DNA of 64,000 nt from Macrostomum hystrix (Eukaryota > Animalia > Platyhelminthes). The DNA is taken from NCBI GenBank assembly GCA_950097015.1, contig CATNEN010000001.1, positions 12,462,001-12,526,000 of the forward strand, in the 5' to 3' direction. This document shows positions 36,780 through 50,515 of the stretch, one piece after another. A program made the translations under genes and the position numbers. Position 1 is the stretch's first letter; each line of letters starts with the position of its first letter. The notes under the pieces are model-generated. The model was given only the letters and a program-made list of their open reading frames with translations, did not search any database and had not been told where the DNA came from.

Positions 36780-39700
36780 CTACAAATCCCCTCTGTTGCT
36801 ACCGCCGCTGCCGCGTCGGCTCTGTTTAGCCGAAGCGGCGCCCTCCTGCAAGTCCAGAAACTCCGTCATTAGCGGCGGCACGAAGCGCGGATTGGACATG
36901 TTGGCCAAATCGGCAAAGTCCTTCTCAAGGCCGCGCAGCTCGGCTAGCTGGGACAACAGCTGGGGATAAACTTTTCGGGCGTGGGAGACGGCGAAGCGAG
37001 TGCGCAACAGTCGATCTAAGAGCAGGCAGTACTTCACCTGCGACTCTTCCACCTGCGGAATGCGAATGGGGATGCTTTTAGAGAGGATCTGGGAGCAAGA
37101 GTGCTCAAACTTGAGGATCTGGGAGCAAGAGTGCTGAAACTTGAGGATCTGGGAGCAAGAGTGCTCAAACTTGAGGATCTGGGAGCAAGAGTGCTGAAAC
37201 TTGAGGATCTGGGAGCAAGAGTGCTCAAACTTGAGGATCTGGGAGCAAGAGTGCTCAAACTTGAGGATCTGGGAGCAAGAGTGCTCAAACTTGAGGATCT
37301 GGGAGCAAGAGTGCTCAAACTTGAGGATCTGGAAGCAAGAGTGCTCAAACTTGAGGATCTGGAAGCATGAGTGCTCAAACTTGAGGATCTGGGAGCATGA
37401 GTGCTCAAACTTGAGGATCTGGAAGCAATAAATCTAACTTATTGTTGCAGCTAAAAGTACAAAAAGTATTACCGAAGCACAAAAAATGCTAGTGCCTGTC
37501 AGAAGGAAAATTCAGCACAGTAAAAAAGTTAGGAATGTCAATACAGCTGACAAACATCACTGCTAGCTGTCTGTAACGGCCTAAGACAAATGCGATTGCA
37601 TTAGGTGGTAAGCTAAACTAAGGGATTGGGGGATAGGTCATTTTGACTTTGAAGACGGAAGACTTTGGAATCGATGTTTGCATTACATAAGAAAGCAAAT
37701 AAAACGTCTCAGATAGGGAATGTTGAGATTGACACAGCAAAATTTAGTAAGATTGAGTCGGGGTGAGATTCAGTCAGTTTGAGATTGAGTCAGGTTGAGA
37801 TTGAGTCAGGTTGAGATTGAGTCAGGTTGAGATTGAGTCAGGTTGAGATTGAGTCAGGTTGAGATTGTGTCAGGGCGAGATTGATTTGGGGTGAGATTGA
37901 GTCAGGGTGAGATTGAGTCAGGGTGAGATTGAGTCAGGGTGAGATTGAGTCAGGTTGAGATTGAGTCAGGTTGAGATTGAGTCAGGTTGAGATTGAGTCA
38001 GGTTGAGATTGAGTCAGGTTGAGATTGAGTCAGGTTGAGATTGTGTCAGGGTGAGATTGATTTGGGGTGAGATTGAGTCAGGGTGAGATTGAGTCAGGGT
38101 GAGATTGAGTCAGGGTGAGATTGAGTCAGGTTGAGATTGTGTCAGGGTGAGATTGATTTGGGGTGAGATTGAGTCAGGGTGAGATTGAGTCAGGTTGAGA
38201 TTGAGACAGGTTGAGATTGAGTCAGGTTGAGATTGTGTCAGGGTGAGATTGTGTCAGGGTGAGATTGATTTGGGGTGAGATTGAGTCAGGGTGAAATTGA
38301 GTCAGGTTGAGATTGAGTCAGGTTGAGATTGAGTCAGGTTGAGATTGAGTCAGGTTGAGATTGAGTCAGGTTGAGATTGAGTCAGGTTGAGATTGTGTCA
38401 GGGTGAGATTGATTTGGGGTGAGATTGAGTCAGGGTGAGATTGAGTCAGGGTGAGATTGAGTCAGGTTGAGATTGAGTCAGGTTGAGATTGTGTCAGGGT
38501 GAGATTGATTTGGGGTGAGATTGAGTCAGGGTGAGATTGAGTCAGGGTGAGATTGATTTGGGGTGAGATTGAGTCAGGGTGAGATTGAGTCAGGGTGAGA
38601 TTGAGTCAGGTTGAGATTGAGTCAGGTTGAGATTGTGTCAGGGTGAGATTGATTTGGGGTGAGATTGAGTCAGGGTGAGATTGAGTCAGGGTGAGATTGA
38701 GTCAGGTTGAGATTGAGTCAGGCTGTGAGTTGGCTCAGGGTGTGAGTAGGCTCAGGGTGTGAGTAGGCTCAGGGTGTGAGTAGGCTCAGGGTGTGAGTAG
38801 GCTCAGGGTGTGAGTAGGCTCAGGGTGTGAGTTGGCTCAGGGTGTGAGTAGGCTCACCAGGTCGCGGCCCTCAGGTGTCAGTCCGGCCCTGTCGGGGCTG
38901 AACAGGCAGCAGATAAGCAGCAGCACCAGTGTGTGGTGATCGCACTGCAGGTTGCTACGCAGTGTCCTGGCCAGCTGAAAGAAGGCGTGCCCAGCATTGG
39001 GCCCAGCAGCGCGCAGGAAGTCCTGGCCCTGCATGGAGTCGGCGTCGGCGCTGTCCGTGGCGTCGAGAAACCTGGCGTTGTCCGGATCGAAGCTGATGAC
39101 GCCCCTGAGCAGGATGAGCTCCAGGGCGCCACCCTTGAGCAGGCAGACCTTGTCAGGCTGGCTGAGCTGACGAAACTCTGCCAGCTTCTTGCTCAGATCG
39201 ATGACCCGCATAACCGATAGCTCGGCGAAGTTGATCAGGTCTTCAACATTGGCTGCCCGCTGGCCGTGACGCTCGGCTACGCGGACCTCGGCAGACAGGC
39301 GATAGTACTCGGCTAGCTGGGCCACTTCCTGGGCATCGGCTTCGGACATGAGATCCCGCTCAGCCAGCTCAGCGGGTGTGAGCTCCTTGGCGATCAGCCC
39401 GATGGTCTCAAGGGTGCGGAGTAGCCTGGGGAGGGTTGGGACAAGCCATGTGACTTCAGTTAAAGCATCCATCAGGGACTGAAAACATTCATATGGGTGA
39501 AAGGTGAGCAGTTCTCACGACTCACGACCGGAAGGTCTGGGGTTCGATTCTGGACTCTAGTCACACCGTTTAGACACAGCCAGCGATGAGGCAATTCTGC
39601 CCATTTCGCTGACTCCTGAGCAAACACTCAACACAGATACCGTACGCAGGTACATGCCCTGCGCCCCAAAATGAATTTGCGGCTGCGCCCCAAATGAATG

Positions 39701-42700
39701 TGGCCTCACCGCGAAATCGAGCTCAGGGACATTGGCGCGAGAGGCAAACGCGTTGACAGCTCTGCCACTCACCCCCATGTCCTTGAGCAAGACACTTAAC
39801 AGGGGATTTTAGCCTAGTGGTTATGGCGTCGGACTCACGACTTGAAGGTCGGGGGTTCGATTCCCGACTCCACTGGAACAATTTGTGTCCTTTAATTCTG
39901 AGTTGCCCTAGCTGTGAAATGGGTAAAGGGGTAATTGAGGGTGGGTATGGCGTCCCAGTCTTACCTGGCTTACCAGGCTTACGAGAAACAGACAAAGCGG
40001 AAATCAAAAGAAAATAGGAGAAAAATCTACACGATTGAACCTTGGCTCTCGCGCATGCCTGTCTTCTTGTGTTTGCTTAGGCCAAGATGACTTGCTTTAC
40101 AAACACGATTCTGTCCATCACCTAAGTTAGAATGCTGGAAAAATAACAACTTGATATCCAGGAATGAAAAAGGGATGATGTACAAGTATTTACATAATCG
40201 ATATCAACCTTTTTGTCACGGGTTTTAAGAATCGTTTTTTGTCAGGGGTCGACTCCTAGCGGCTTTAAGGTAGAATACGGCAAAATACAACAGAGAGTAG
40301 CACTGACTGCGGAGTAATGAGACAATGATGAGACAAGACACGGGACAGATAAGACACGGGACAGATAAGACACGGGACAGATAAGACACGGGACAGATAA
40401 GACACGGGACAGATAAGACACGGGACAGATAAGACACGGGAGATATGAGACACGGCGGAGATGAGTCACGAGAGATGATGAGCACTGGAGAAATAAGGCA
40501 AGGGATGAGACGGGGAGAGTTGAGACGGGGAGAGTTGAGACGGGGAGAGATGAAACAGGGGAGAGATGAGACAGGGGAGAGATGAGACAGGGGAGATATG
40601 AGACAGGGGAGAGATGAGACAGAGGAGAGATGAGACAGAGGAGAGATGAGACACGGGAGAGATGAGACACGGGAGAGATGAGACACGGGAGAGATGAGAC
40701 ACGGGAGAGATGAGACAGAGGAGAGATGAGACACGGGAGAGATGAGACACGAGAGAGATGAGACGAGGAGAGATGAGACAGGGAAGAGATGAGACAGGGG
40801 AGAGATGAGACACGGGAGAGATGAGACGCGGGAGAGATGAGACACGAGAGAGATGAGACACGAGAGAGATGAGACACGGGAGAGATGAGACGCGGGAGAG
40901 ATGAGACAGTAATCTCTTTTCTAATCGAATCAAAGAGATCAGACAGGCTACGCATATAGAGTATAGGCTGCAAGGAAAAACGAAGATTTTGCACCCCTGA
41001 TTAAATGGATTCTGTATATGATAAATTTTCGCAACACAGTACTGCCTTAAAGCCTTGGAAGTAGAGTGTATATGTTTTATAACCGTAAATGAGAAAAATC
41101 CTACATTCCATTTTTAGCTTGTTTCGATACAAAGCGTCATTAAATCAGTTTTCTAAATATATCGGCGCAGTAGAAAGTGACTATAGCTTTTATAAACACA
41201 TTCTTTCAAAACATATCGGGCATAAAAGTTACTAAAAGAAACTTGCTTATTCTGATCAATCTTCTTTCTCTTCTCGGTCTTCTCCTCCTCGGTGAGTATG
41301 TACTCTTTCTTCATGCCGATTTCGAAGCACTTTTTCAGACGGCACCGCTTGCAGAAGCGTCGATTAGAAACATCGATTTGGCAGCTGCCTTCGTAGGGGC
41401 ATTTCAAGGCCTCCTGGACATTGTTCAGTTGTAAATTTTTCTTTTATTACCAAAAAATTAGGAATAGGTGATATTTGGTAAGGGTGAGCTTTGGAATAAG
41501 TGAGATTTGGAATAAGTGAGATTTGGGAGGGGTGAGATTTGGTATGGTTGAGATTTGGGATGGGTGAGATTTGGGAGGGGTGAGATTTGGAATAAATGAG
41601 ATTTGGAAGAGGTGAGGTTTGGAAGGGTTGAGATTTGGAATAAATGAGATTTGGAAGGGGTGAGATTTGGAAGGGTTGAGATTTTGAATAAATTAGATTT
41701 GGAAGAGTTGCGATTTGGGAGAAGTGAGATTTAGGAGGGGTGAGATTTGGAAGGGTTGAGATTTTGAATAAATGAGATTTGGAAGAGTTGAGATTTTGGA
41801 GAAGTGAGATTTGGGAGGGGTGAGATTTGGAAGGGGTGAGATTTGGAAGGGGTGAGATTTGAAAGGGGTGGGATTTGGAAGGGGTGAGATTTGGGAGAGG
41901 TGAGATTTGGAAGGGGTGAAATTTGGGATGGGTGAGATTTGGAAGGGGTGAGATTTGGGAGGTGTGAGATTTGGAAGGGGTGAAATTTGGGATGGTTGAG
42001 ATTTGGAAGGGGTGAGATTTGGGATGGGTGAGATTTAGAAGGGGTGATATTTGGAAGGGGTGAGATTTGGAATAAATGAGATTTGGAAGGGGTGAGATTT
42101 GGAAGGGTTGAGATTTTGAATAAATGAGATTTGGAAGAGTTAAGATTTGGGAGAAGTGAGATTTGGGAGGGGTAGGATTTGGAAGGGGTGAGATTTGGAA
42201 GGGGTGAGATTTGAAAGGGGTGGGATTTGGAAGGGGTGAGATTTGGGAGAGGTGAGATTTGGAAGGGGTGAAATTTGGGATGGGTGAGATTTGGAAGGGG
42301 TGAGATTTGGGAGGTGTGAGATTTGGAAGGGGTGAGATTTGGAAGGGGTGAAATTTGGGATGGTTGAGATTTGGAAGGGGTGAGATTTGGAAGGGGTGAG
42401 ATTTGAAAGGAGTGGGATTTGGAAGGGGTGAGATTTGGGAGAGGTGAGATTTGGAAGGGGTGAAATTTGGGATGGGTGAGATTTGGAAGGGGTGAGATTT
42501 GGGAGGTGTGAGATTTGGAAGGGGTGAGATTTGGAAGGGGTGAAATTTGGGATGGTTGAGATTTGGAAGGGGTGAGATTTGGGATGGGTGAGATTTAGAA
42601 GGGGTGATATTTGGAAGGGGTGAGATTTGGAATAAATGAGATTTGGAAGGGGTGAGATTTGGAAGGGTTGAGATTTTGAATAAATGAGATTTGGAAGAGT

Positions 42701-45700
42701 TAAGATTTGGGAGAAGTGAGATTTGGGAGGGGTAGGATTTGGAAGGGGTGAAATTTGGGATGGTTGAGATTTGGAAGGGGTGAGATTTGGGATGGGTGAG
42801 ATTTGGAAGGGGTGATATTTGGAAGGGGTGAGATTTGGAATAAATGAGATTTGGAAGGGGTGAGATTTGGAAGGGTTGAGATTTGGGAGGGATGAGATTT
42901 GGAAGGGTTGAGATTTGGGAGGGGTGAGATTTGGGAGGGTGAGATTTGGAAGGGTTGAGATTTGGAAGGGGTGAAATTTGGGAGGGGTGAGATTTGGAAG
43001 GGGTGAAATTTGGGAGGGGTGAGATTTGGAAGGGGTGAGATTTGGGATGGGTGAGATTTGGAAGGGGTGAGATTTGGGAGGGGTGAGATTTGGAAGGGGT
43101 GAGATTTGGGATGGGTGAGATTTGGAAGGGGTGAGATTTGGAAGGGGTGAGATTTGGGAGGGGTGAGATTAGGAAGGGGTGAGATTTGGAAGGGTTGAGA
43201 TTTGGGAGGGGTGAGATTTGGAAGGGGTGAGATTTGGAATGGGTGAGATTTGGAAGGGGTGAGATTTGGGATGGGTGAGATTTGGAAGGGGTGAGATTTG
43301 GAAGAGGTGAGATTTGGGAGGGGTGAGATTTGGAAGGGTTGAGATTTGGGAGGGGTGAGATTTGGAAGGGGTGAGATTTGGAATGGGTGAGATTTGGAAG
43401 GGGTGAGATTTGGAAGGGGTGAGATTTGGAAGGGGTGAGATTTGGGAGGGGTGAGATTTAGAAGGGGTGAAATTTGGGATGGGTGAGATTTGGAAGGGGT
43501 GAGATTTGGAAGGGGTGAGATTTGGGAGGGGTGAGATTTGGAAGGGGTGAGATTTGGAAGGGTTGAGATTTGGGAGGGGTGAGATTTGGAAGGGGTGAGA
43601 TTTGGAATGGGTGAGATTTGGAAGGGGTGAGATTTGGAAGGGGTGAGATTTGGAAGGGGTGAGATTTGGGAGGTGTGAGATTTAGAAGGGGTGAGATTTG
43701 GAAGGGGTGAGATTTGGGAGGGGTGAGATTTGGGAGGGGTGAGATTTAGAAGGGGAGAGATTTGGAAGGGGTGAGATTTGGGAGGGGTGAGATTTAGAAG
43801 GGGTGAGAATCTCACCACGCCTTTGGATGCATTCCGCCTAAAGAAGGCCTTGCACGACTCGCAGCTAACAGCATCGAAATTAAATCCCAAAGCTTTATCG
43901 CCGCATACGCCGCAGACTTTGTCTTCGCGAGCTTTGCCACGCCTGGACGAAGCCCCTGCGGCACTGGCTCCGCCTGTAGATGAGCCGCCGCCGCCGCCAC
44001 CGCCTGTGGCAGTCGTGGCTTCGCTGGAAACAGCCGAACCAACGGAGTGAGGCGGCGGTGAATAGCAGCTGCTGGGGTGGGAGGCGAGTTGCTGTTTCTG
44101 TTGCTGCTGCTGCTCGCCAAAAGAGAGCGCCTGAAAATATTACAATGGACTTTAAATCTACTTTTAAATGTACTTTAAATGTACTTTTAAATGTACTTCA
44201 AATGTACTTCAAATGTACTTCAAATGTACTTTAAATGTACTTTTAAATATACTTTCCCAGTCAGAGAAAAACTTCTATTGATTTTCAATTTAGACTTACC
44301 TGAAAAGCTTCAAGGTCGGCTGAAGGCACGCTACTGAAAGTTGCATTCGAGTGGTCAATGAGGCCAGGCTGCTGCTGCTGCATTGGCATGGTACCGGCAT
44401 AGCTTTGAGCTGGCATAGGGCTATATGAGCTGGTAGACAGGGGACTGAGTGTCGCGCCGCACAAACTGAAGGACGTATCACTCGCGGAATCGTCTACTGG
44501 GACAAATTGCTCAGTCTTTGACGGCTGCTGCTGCTGCTGATGCTGCAGCCCCTGCTGATTGAACATGTCCATGCTGGCTAGATTTTGTTCTTCAGCTTCT
44601 AGTGGCAGATTATTCCTATCGGTGCGCTGTGAAGCCTGTTTGGCAACGACAGAAAATTGTTCTTGGCTGTTGCAGCTGCTGTTGCTGTTGCCGAAGCAGC
44701 AATAATTGGTGTTACCCTGACTCTCTGAAGTCTTGGATTGGAATTCGGCTGGGTTGTTTGATGATACACCCTGTTCCTCAGGGCTGCAATAGAAAATGCG
44801 TGAGAAGCAGATGGTGCAATTAGGAGCTGAAATTGTTCCGATTCGTTTTGCTTTCCGACTCAAGATTAGCCACGCCAAGAAAGAAAGGGTTAATTGGGAC
44901 AACTGTGAATTAGAGAAAATATAAATTTGGCTTTTTGTGATGATTTTGAGAATCGACGATTCTGCCGAGTAGAAATTTGTGATTATTCTGAAATACACGA
45001 TACAGCCATGGGCAAAAGCATTTAGGTAAATGGTCTCACTAGTTCTAATAATTAAAATGGCCCTACTCAAACAGTCTCAAAAGGAGTGACAATGGTCCTA
45101 CTCAAACAGTCACAAATAGAGTGACAATGGTCCTATTGAAACAGACTCAAATAAAGTGACAATGGTTCTACTAAAACAGACTCGAATGGAGTGACAATGG
45201 CCCTACTAAAACAGACTCGAATGGAGTGACAATGGCCCTACTAAAACAGACTCGAATGGAGTGACAATGGCCCTACTAAAACAGACTCGAATGGAGTGAC
45301 AATGGTCCTACTGAAACAGACTCAAATGGAGTGACAATGGTCCTACTAAAACAGACTCAAATGGAGTGACAATGGTCCTACTCAAACAGTCTCAAATGGA
45401 GTGACAATGGTCCTACTAAAACAGACTCAAATGGAGTGACAATGGTCCTACTAAAACAAACTCGAATGGAGTGACAATGGTCCTACTGAAACAGACTCAA
45501 ATGGAGTGACAATGGTCCTACTAAAACAGACTCAAATGGAGTGACAATGGTCCTACTGAAACAGACTCAAATGGAGTGACAATGGTCCTACTGGAACAGA
45601 CTCAAATGGAGTGACAATGGTCCTACTAAAACAAACTCGAATGGAGTGACAATGGTCCTATTGAAACAGACTCAAATAAAGTGACAATGGTTCTACTAAA

Positions 45701-48700
45701 ACAGACTCGAATGGAGTGACAATGGCCCTACTAAAACAGACTCGAATGGAGTGACAATGGCCCTACTAAAACAGACTCGAATGGAGTGACAATGGCCCTA
45801 CTAAAACAGACTCGAATGGAGTGACAATGGTCCTACTGAAACAGACTCAAATGGAGTGACAATGGTCCTACTAAAACAGACTCAAATGGAGTGACAATGG
45901 TCCTACTCAAACAGTCTCAAATGGAGTGACAATGGTCCTACTAAAACAGACTCAAATGGAGTGACAATGGTCCTACTAAAACAAACTCGAATGGAGTGAC
46001 AATGGTCCTACTGAAACAGACTCAAATGGAGTGACAATGGTCCTACTAAAACAGACTCAAATGGAGTGACAATGGTCCTACTGAAACAGACTCAAATGGA
46101 GTGACAATGGTCCTACTGGAACAGACTCAAATGGAGTGACAATGGTCCTACTAAAACAAACTCGAATGGAGTGACAATGGTCCTACTGAAACAGACTCAA
46201 ATGGAGTGACAATGGTTCTACTAAAACAGACTCAAATGGAGTGACAATGGTCCTACTGAAACAGACTCAAATGGAGTGACAATGGTCCTACTAAAACAGA
46301 CTCAAATGGAGTGACAATGGTCCTACTCAAACAGTCTCAAATGGAGTGACAATGGTCCTACTAAAACAGACTCAAATGGAGTGACAATGGTCCTACTAAA
46401 ACAAACTCGAATGGAGTGACAATGGTCCTACTGAAACAGACTCAAATGGAGTGACAATGGTCCTACTAAAACAGACTCAAATGGAGTGACAATGGTCCTA
46501 CTGAAACAGACTCAAATGGAGTGACAATGGTCCTACTAAAACAGACTCAAATGGAGTGACAGTGGTCCTACTCAAACAGTCTCCAATCGAGTGACAATGG
46601 TCCTACTCAAACAGTCTCAAATGGAGTGACAATGGTCCTACTCAAACAGACTCAAATGGAGTGACAATGGTCCTACTCAAACAGTCTCAAATGGAGTGAC
46701 AATGGTCCTACTCAAACAGACTCAAATGGAGTGACAATGGTCCTACTGAAACAGTCTCAAATGGAGTGACAATGGTCCTACTCAAACAGTCTCCAATCGA
46801 GTGACAATGGTCCTAATCAAACAGTCTCAAATGGAGTGACAATGGTCCTAATCAAACAGTCTCAAATGGAGTGACAATGGTCCTAATCAAACAGTCTCAA
46901 ATGGAGTGACAATGGTCCAACTGAAGCCGACTCAAATGGAGTGACAATGGTCCTACTAAAACAGACTCAAATGGAGTGACAATGGTCCTACTCAAACAGT
47001 CTCCAATGGAGTGACAATGGTCCAACTGAAACAGACTCAAATGGAGTGACAATGGTGCAACTAAAGCAGACTCAAATGGAGTGACAATGGTCCTAATCAA
47101 ACAGACTCAAATGGAGTGACAATGGTCCTACTCAAACAGTCTCAAATGGAGTGACAATGGTCCTACTGAAACAGACTCAAATGGAGTGACAATGGTCCTA
47201 CTGGAACAGACTCAAATGGAGTGACAATGGTCCTACTAAAACAAACTCGAATGGAGTGACAATGGTCCTACTGAAACAGACTCAAATGGAGTGACAATGG
47301 TTCTACTAAAACAGACTCAAATGGAGTGACAATGGTCCTACTGAAACAGACTCAAATGGAGTGACAATGGTCCTACTAAAACAGACTCAAATGGAGTGAC
47401 AATGGTCCTACTCAAACAGTCTCAAATGGAGTGACAATGGTCCTACTAAAACAGACTCAAATGGAGTGACAATGGTCCTACTAAAACAAACTCGAATGGA
47501 GTGACAATGGTCCTACTGAAACAGACTCAAATGGAGTGACAATGGTCCTACTAAAACAGACTCAAATGGAGTGACAATGGTCCTACTGAAACAGACTCAA
47601 ATGGAGTGACAATGGTCCTACTGGAACAGACTCAAATGGAGTGACAATGGTCCTACTAAAACAAACTCGAATGGAGTGACAATGGTCCTACTGAAACAGA
47701 CTCAAATGGAGTGACAATGGTTCTACTAAAACAGACTCAAATGGAGTGACAATGGTCCTACTGAAACAGACTCAAATGGAGTGACAATGGTCCTACTAAA
47801 ACAGACTCAAATGGAGTGACAATGGTCCTACTCAAACAGTCTCAAATGGAGTGACAATGGTCCTACTAAAACAGACTCAAATGGAGTGACAATGGTCCTA
47901 CTAAAACAAACTCGAATGGAGTGACAATGGTCCTACTGAAACAGACTCAAATGGAGTGACAATGGTCCTACTAAAACAGACTCAAATGGAGTGACAATGG
48001 TCCTACTGAAACAGACTCAAATGGAGTGACAATGGTCCTACTAAAACAGACTCAAATGGAGTGACAGTGGTCCTACTCAAACAGTCTCCAATCGAGTGAC
48101 AATGGTCCTACTCAAACAGTCTCAAATGGAGTGACAATGGTCCTACTCAAACAGACTCAAATGGAGTGACAATGGTCCTACTCAAACAGTCTCAAATGGA
48201 GTGACAATGGTCCTACTCAAACAGACTCAAATGGAGTGACAATGGTCCTACTGAAACAGTCTCAAATGGAGTGACAATGGTCCTACTCAAACAGTCTCCA
48301 ATCGAGTGACAATGGTCCTAATCAAACAGTCTCAAATGGAGTGACAATGGTCCTAATCAAACAGTCTCAAATGGAGTGACAATGGTCCTAATCAAACAGT
48401 CTCAAATGGAGTGACAATGGTCCAACTGAAGCCGACTCAAATGGAGTGACAATGGTCCTACTAAAACAGACTCAAATGGAGTGACAATGGTCCTACTCAA
48501 ACAGTCTCCAATGGAGTGACAATGGTCCAACTGAAACAGACTCAAATGGAGTGACAATGGTGCAACTAAAGCAGACTCAAATGGAGTGACAATGGTCCTA
48601 ATCAAACAGACTCAAATGGAGTGACAATGGTCCTACTGAAACAGACTCAAATGGAGTGAAAATGGTCCAACTGAAACAGACTCAAATGGAGTGACAATGG

Positions 48701-50515
48701 TCCTACTCAAACAGTCTCCAATCGAGTGACAATGGTCCAACTGAAACAGACTCAAATGGAGTGACAATGGTCCAACTAAAACAGTCTCAAATGGAGTGAC
48801 AATGGTTCTACTAAAACAGACTCAAATGGAGTGACAATGGTCCTACTGAAACAGACTCAAATGGAGTGACAATGGTCCTACTAAAACAGACTCAAATGGA
48901 GTGACAATGGTCCTACTCAAACAGTCTCAAATGGAGTGACAATGGTCCTACTAAAACAGACTCAAATGGAGTGACAATGGTCCTACTAAAACAAACTCGA
49001 ATGGAGTGACAATGGTCCTACTGAAACAGACTCAAATGGAGTGACAATGGTCCTACTAAAACAGACTCAAATGGAGTGACAATGGTCCTACTGAAACAGA
49101 CTCAAATGGAGTGACAATGGTCCTACTAAAACAAACTCAAATGGAGTGACAATGGTCCTACTGAAACAGACTCAAATGGAGTGACAATGGTCCTACTAAA
49201 ACAGACTCAAATGGAGTGACAATGGTCCTACTCAAACAGTCTCAAATGGAGTGACAATGGTCCTACTAAAACAGACTCAAATGGAGTGACAATGGTCCTA
49301 CTAAAACAAACTCGAATGGAGTGACAATGGTCCAACTGAAACAGACTCAAATGGAGTGACAATGGTCCAACTAAAACAGTCTCAAATGGAGTGACAATGG
49401 TTCTACTAAAACAGACTCAAATGGAGTGACAATGGTCCTACTGAAACAGACTCAAATGGAGTGACAATGGTCCTACTAAAACAGACTCAAATGGAGTGAC
49501 AATGGTCCTACTGAAACAGACTCAAATGGAGTGACAATGGTCCTACTAAAACAGACTCAAATGGAGTGACAGTGGTCCTACTCAAACAGTCTCCAATCGA
49601 GTGACAATGGTCCTACTCAAACAGTCTCAAATGGAGTGACAATGGTCCTACTCAAACAGACTCAAATGGAGTGACAATGGTCCTACTCAAACAGTCTCAA
49701 ATGGAGTGACAATGGTCCTACTCAAACAGACTCAAATGGAGTGACAATGGTCCTACTGAAACAGTCTCAAATGGAGTGACAATGGTCCTACTAAAACAGT
49801 CTCCAATCGAGTGACAATGGTCCTAATCAAACAGTCTCAAATGGAGTGACAATGGTCCAACTGAAGCCGACTCAAATGGAGTGACAATGGTCCTACTAAA
49901 ACAGACTCAAATGGAGTGACAATGGTCCTACTCAAACAGTCTCCAATGGAGTGACAATGGTCCAACTGAAACAGACTCAAATGGAGTGACAATGGTGCAA
50001 CTAAAGCAGACTCAAATGGAGTGACAATGGTCCTAATCAAACAGACTCAAATGGAGTGACAATGGTCCTACTGAAACAGACTCAAATGGAGTGAAAATGG
50101 TCCTAATCAAACAGTCTCAAATAGAGTGACAATGGTCCTACTCAAACAGTCTCAAATAGATTTCTGATGTCAGGTCGTCCTTGATATCAGGACACATTGA
50201 ACTTCAATATTTTACACTGATAACTAGCAGCTATGCAGTTAGAGGAATCATATAAAAGTACAGACTGGGGGGTGAAACAGAAAGTCTGCCTTAGATTTAA
50301 TATCCTGCACAACAGACTCGTATCACGTGTTCAGTTTAGGAGAAAAATGATACACTTGTAGTTGATGCATGTCTCGAAAAAGTCTGCCACACTGACGAAA
50401 TAACAGAAAAAAAAATTTTTTTAGAACAACTTAAAAAAATGAATGAGAATGAATGTTTGATGTAAACTTACATTTGCCAAAATGTCCACCTATCTGAATA
50501 GCCTCCGTTGAACAT
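36780..50515 (-). CDS. Nuclear hormone receptor, NR1J/HR96 (DAF-12/VDR-related) type; exons 50515-50472, 44783-44300, 44130-43816, 41413-41247, 39425-38858, 37052-36780 (~616 aa)
   Basis: C4 zinc fingers CGVCGDKALGFNFDAVSCESCKAFFRR / CPYEGSC...CKRCRLKKCFEIGM; CESCKA P-box typical of NR1J; LBD signature F..L...D...LLKG; AF-2-like PLMTEFL; all splice phases reconcile. Exon 1 is the least certain. Confidence 0.9.
37083..37428. repeat. 30-bp minisatellite next to the acceptor of the last NR exon
   Basis: (GAGGATCTGGGAGCAAGAGTGCTCAAACTT)n. Confidence 0.95.
37750..38856. repeat. 16-bp (GAGATTGAGTCAGGKT)n array followed by 17-bp (GGCTCAGGGTGTGAGTA)n abutting the exon-5 donor
   Basis: Visible arrays. 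Confidence 0.95.
39560..39957. mobile_element. SINE-B (-) 39560-39775 and SINE-A (+) 39808-39957 fragments
   Basis: Similarity to the other copies. Confidence 0.7.
40318..40908. repeat. 16-bp minisatellite (GAGACACGGGAGAGAT / GACACGGGACAGATAA)n
   Basis: Tandem array in NR intron 4. Confidence 0.92.
41465..43810. repeat. 16-bp G-rich minisatellite (GGTGAGATTTGGAAGG)n filling NR intron 3
   Basis: About 145 units running up to the splice donor at 43815. Confidence 0.96.
44150..44255. repeat. 10/11-bp repeat (AAATGTACTTY)n in NR intron 2
   Basis: Visible array. Confidence 0.85.
45055..50160. repeat. 35-bp minisatellite (AATGGAGTGACAATGGTCCTACTAAAACAGACTCA)n with higher-order blocks, NR intron 1
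   Basis: 5.1-kb array; an identical variant block recurs at 46897, 48402 and 49837. Confidence 0.97.

Noticed and set aside
42700-43815. Pro/Ser-rich extension of the 396-aa ORF
   Set aside because: Only the first ~24 aa are the NR zinc finger; the rest is intronic repeat beyond the GTGAGA donor.
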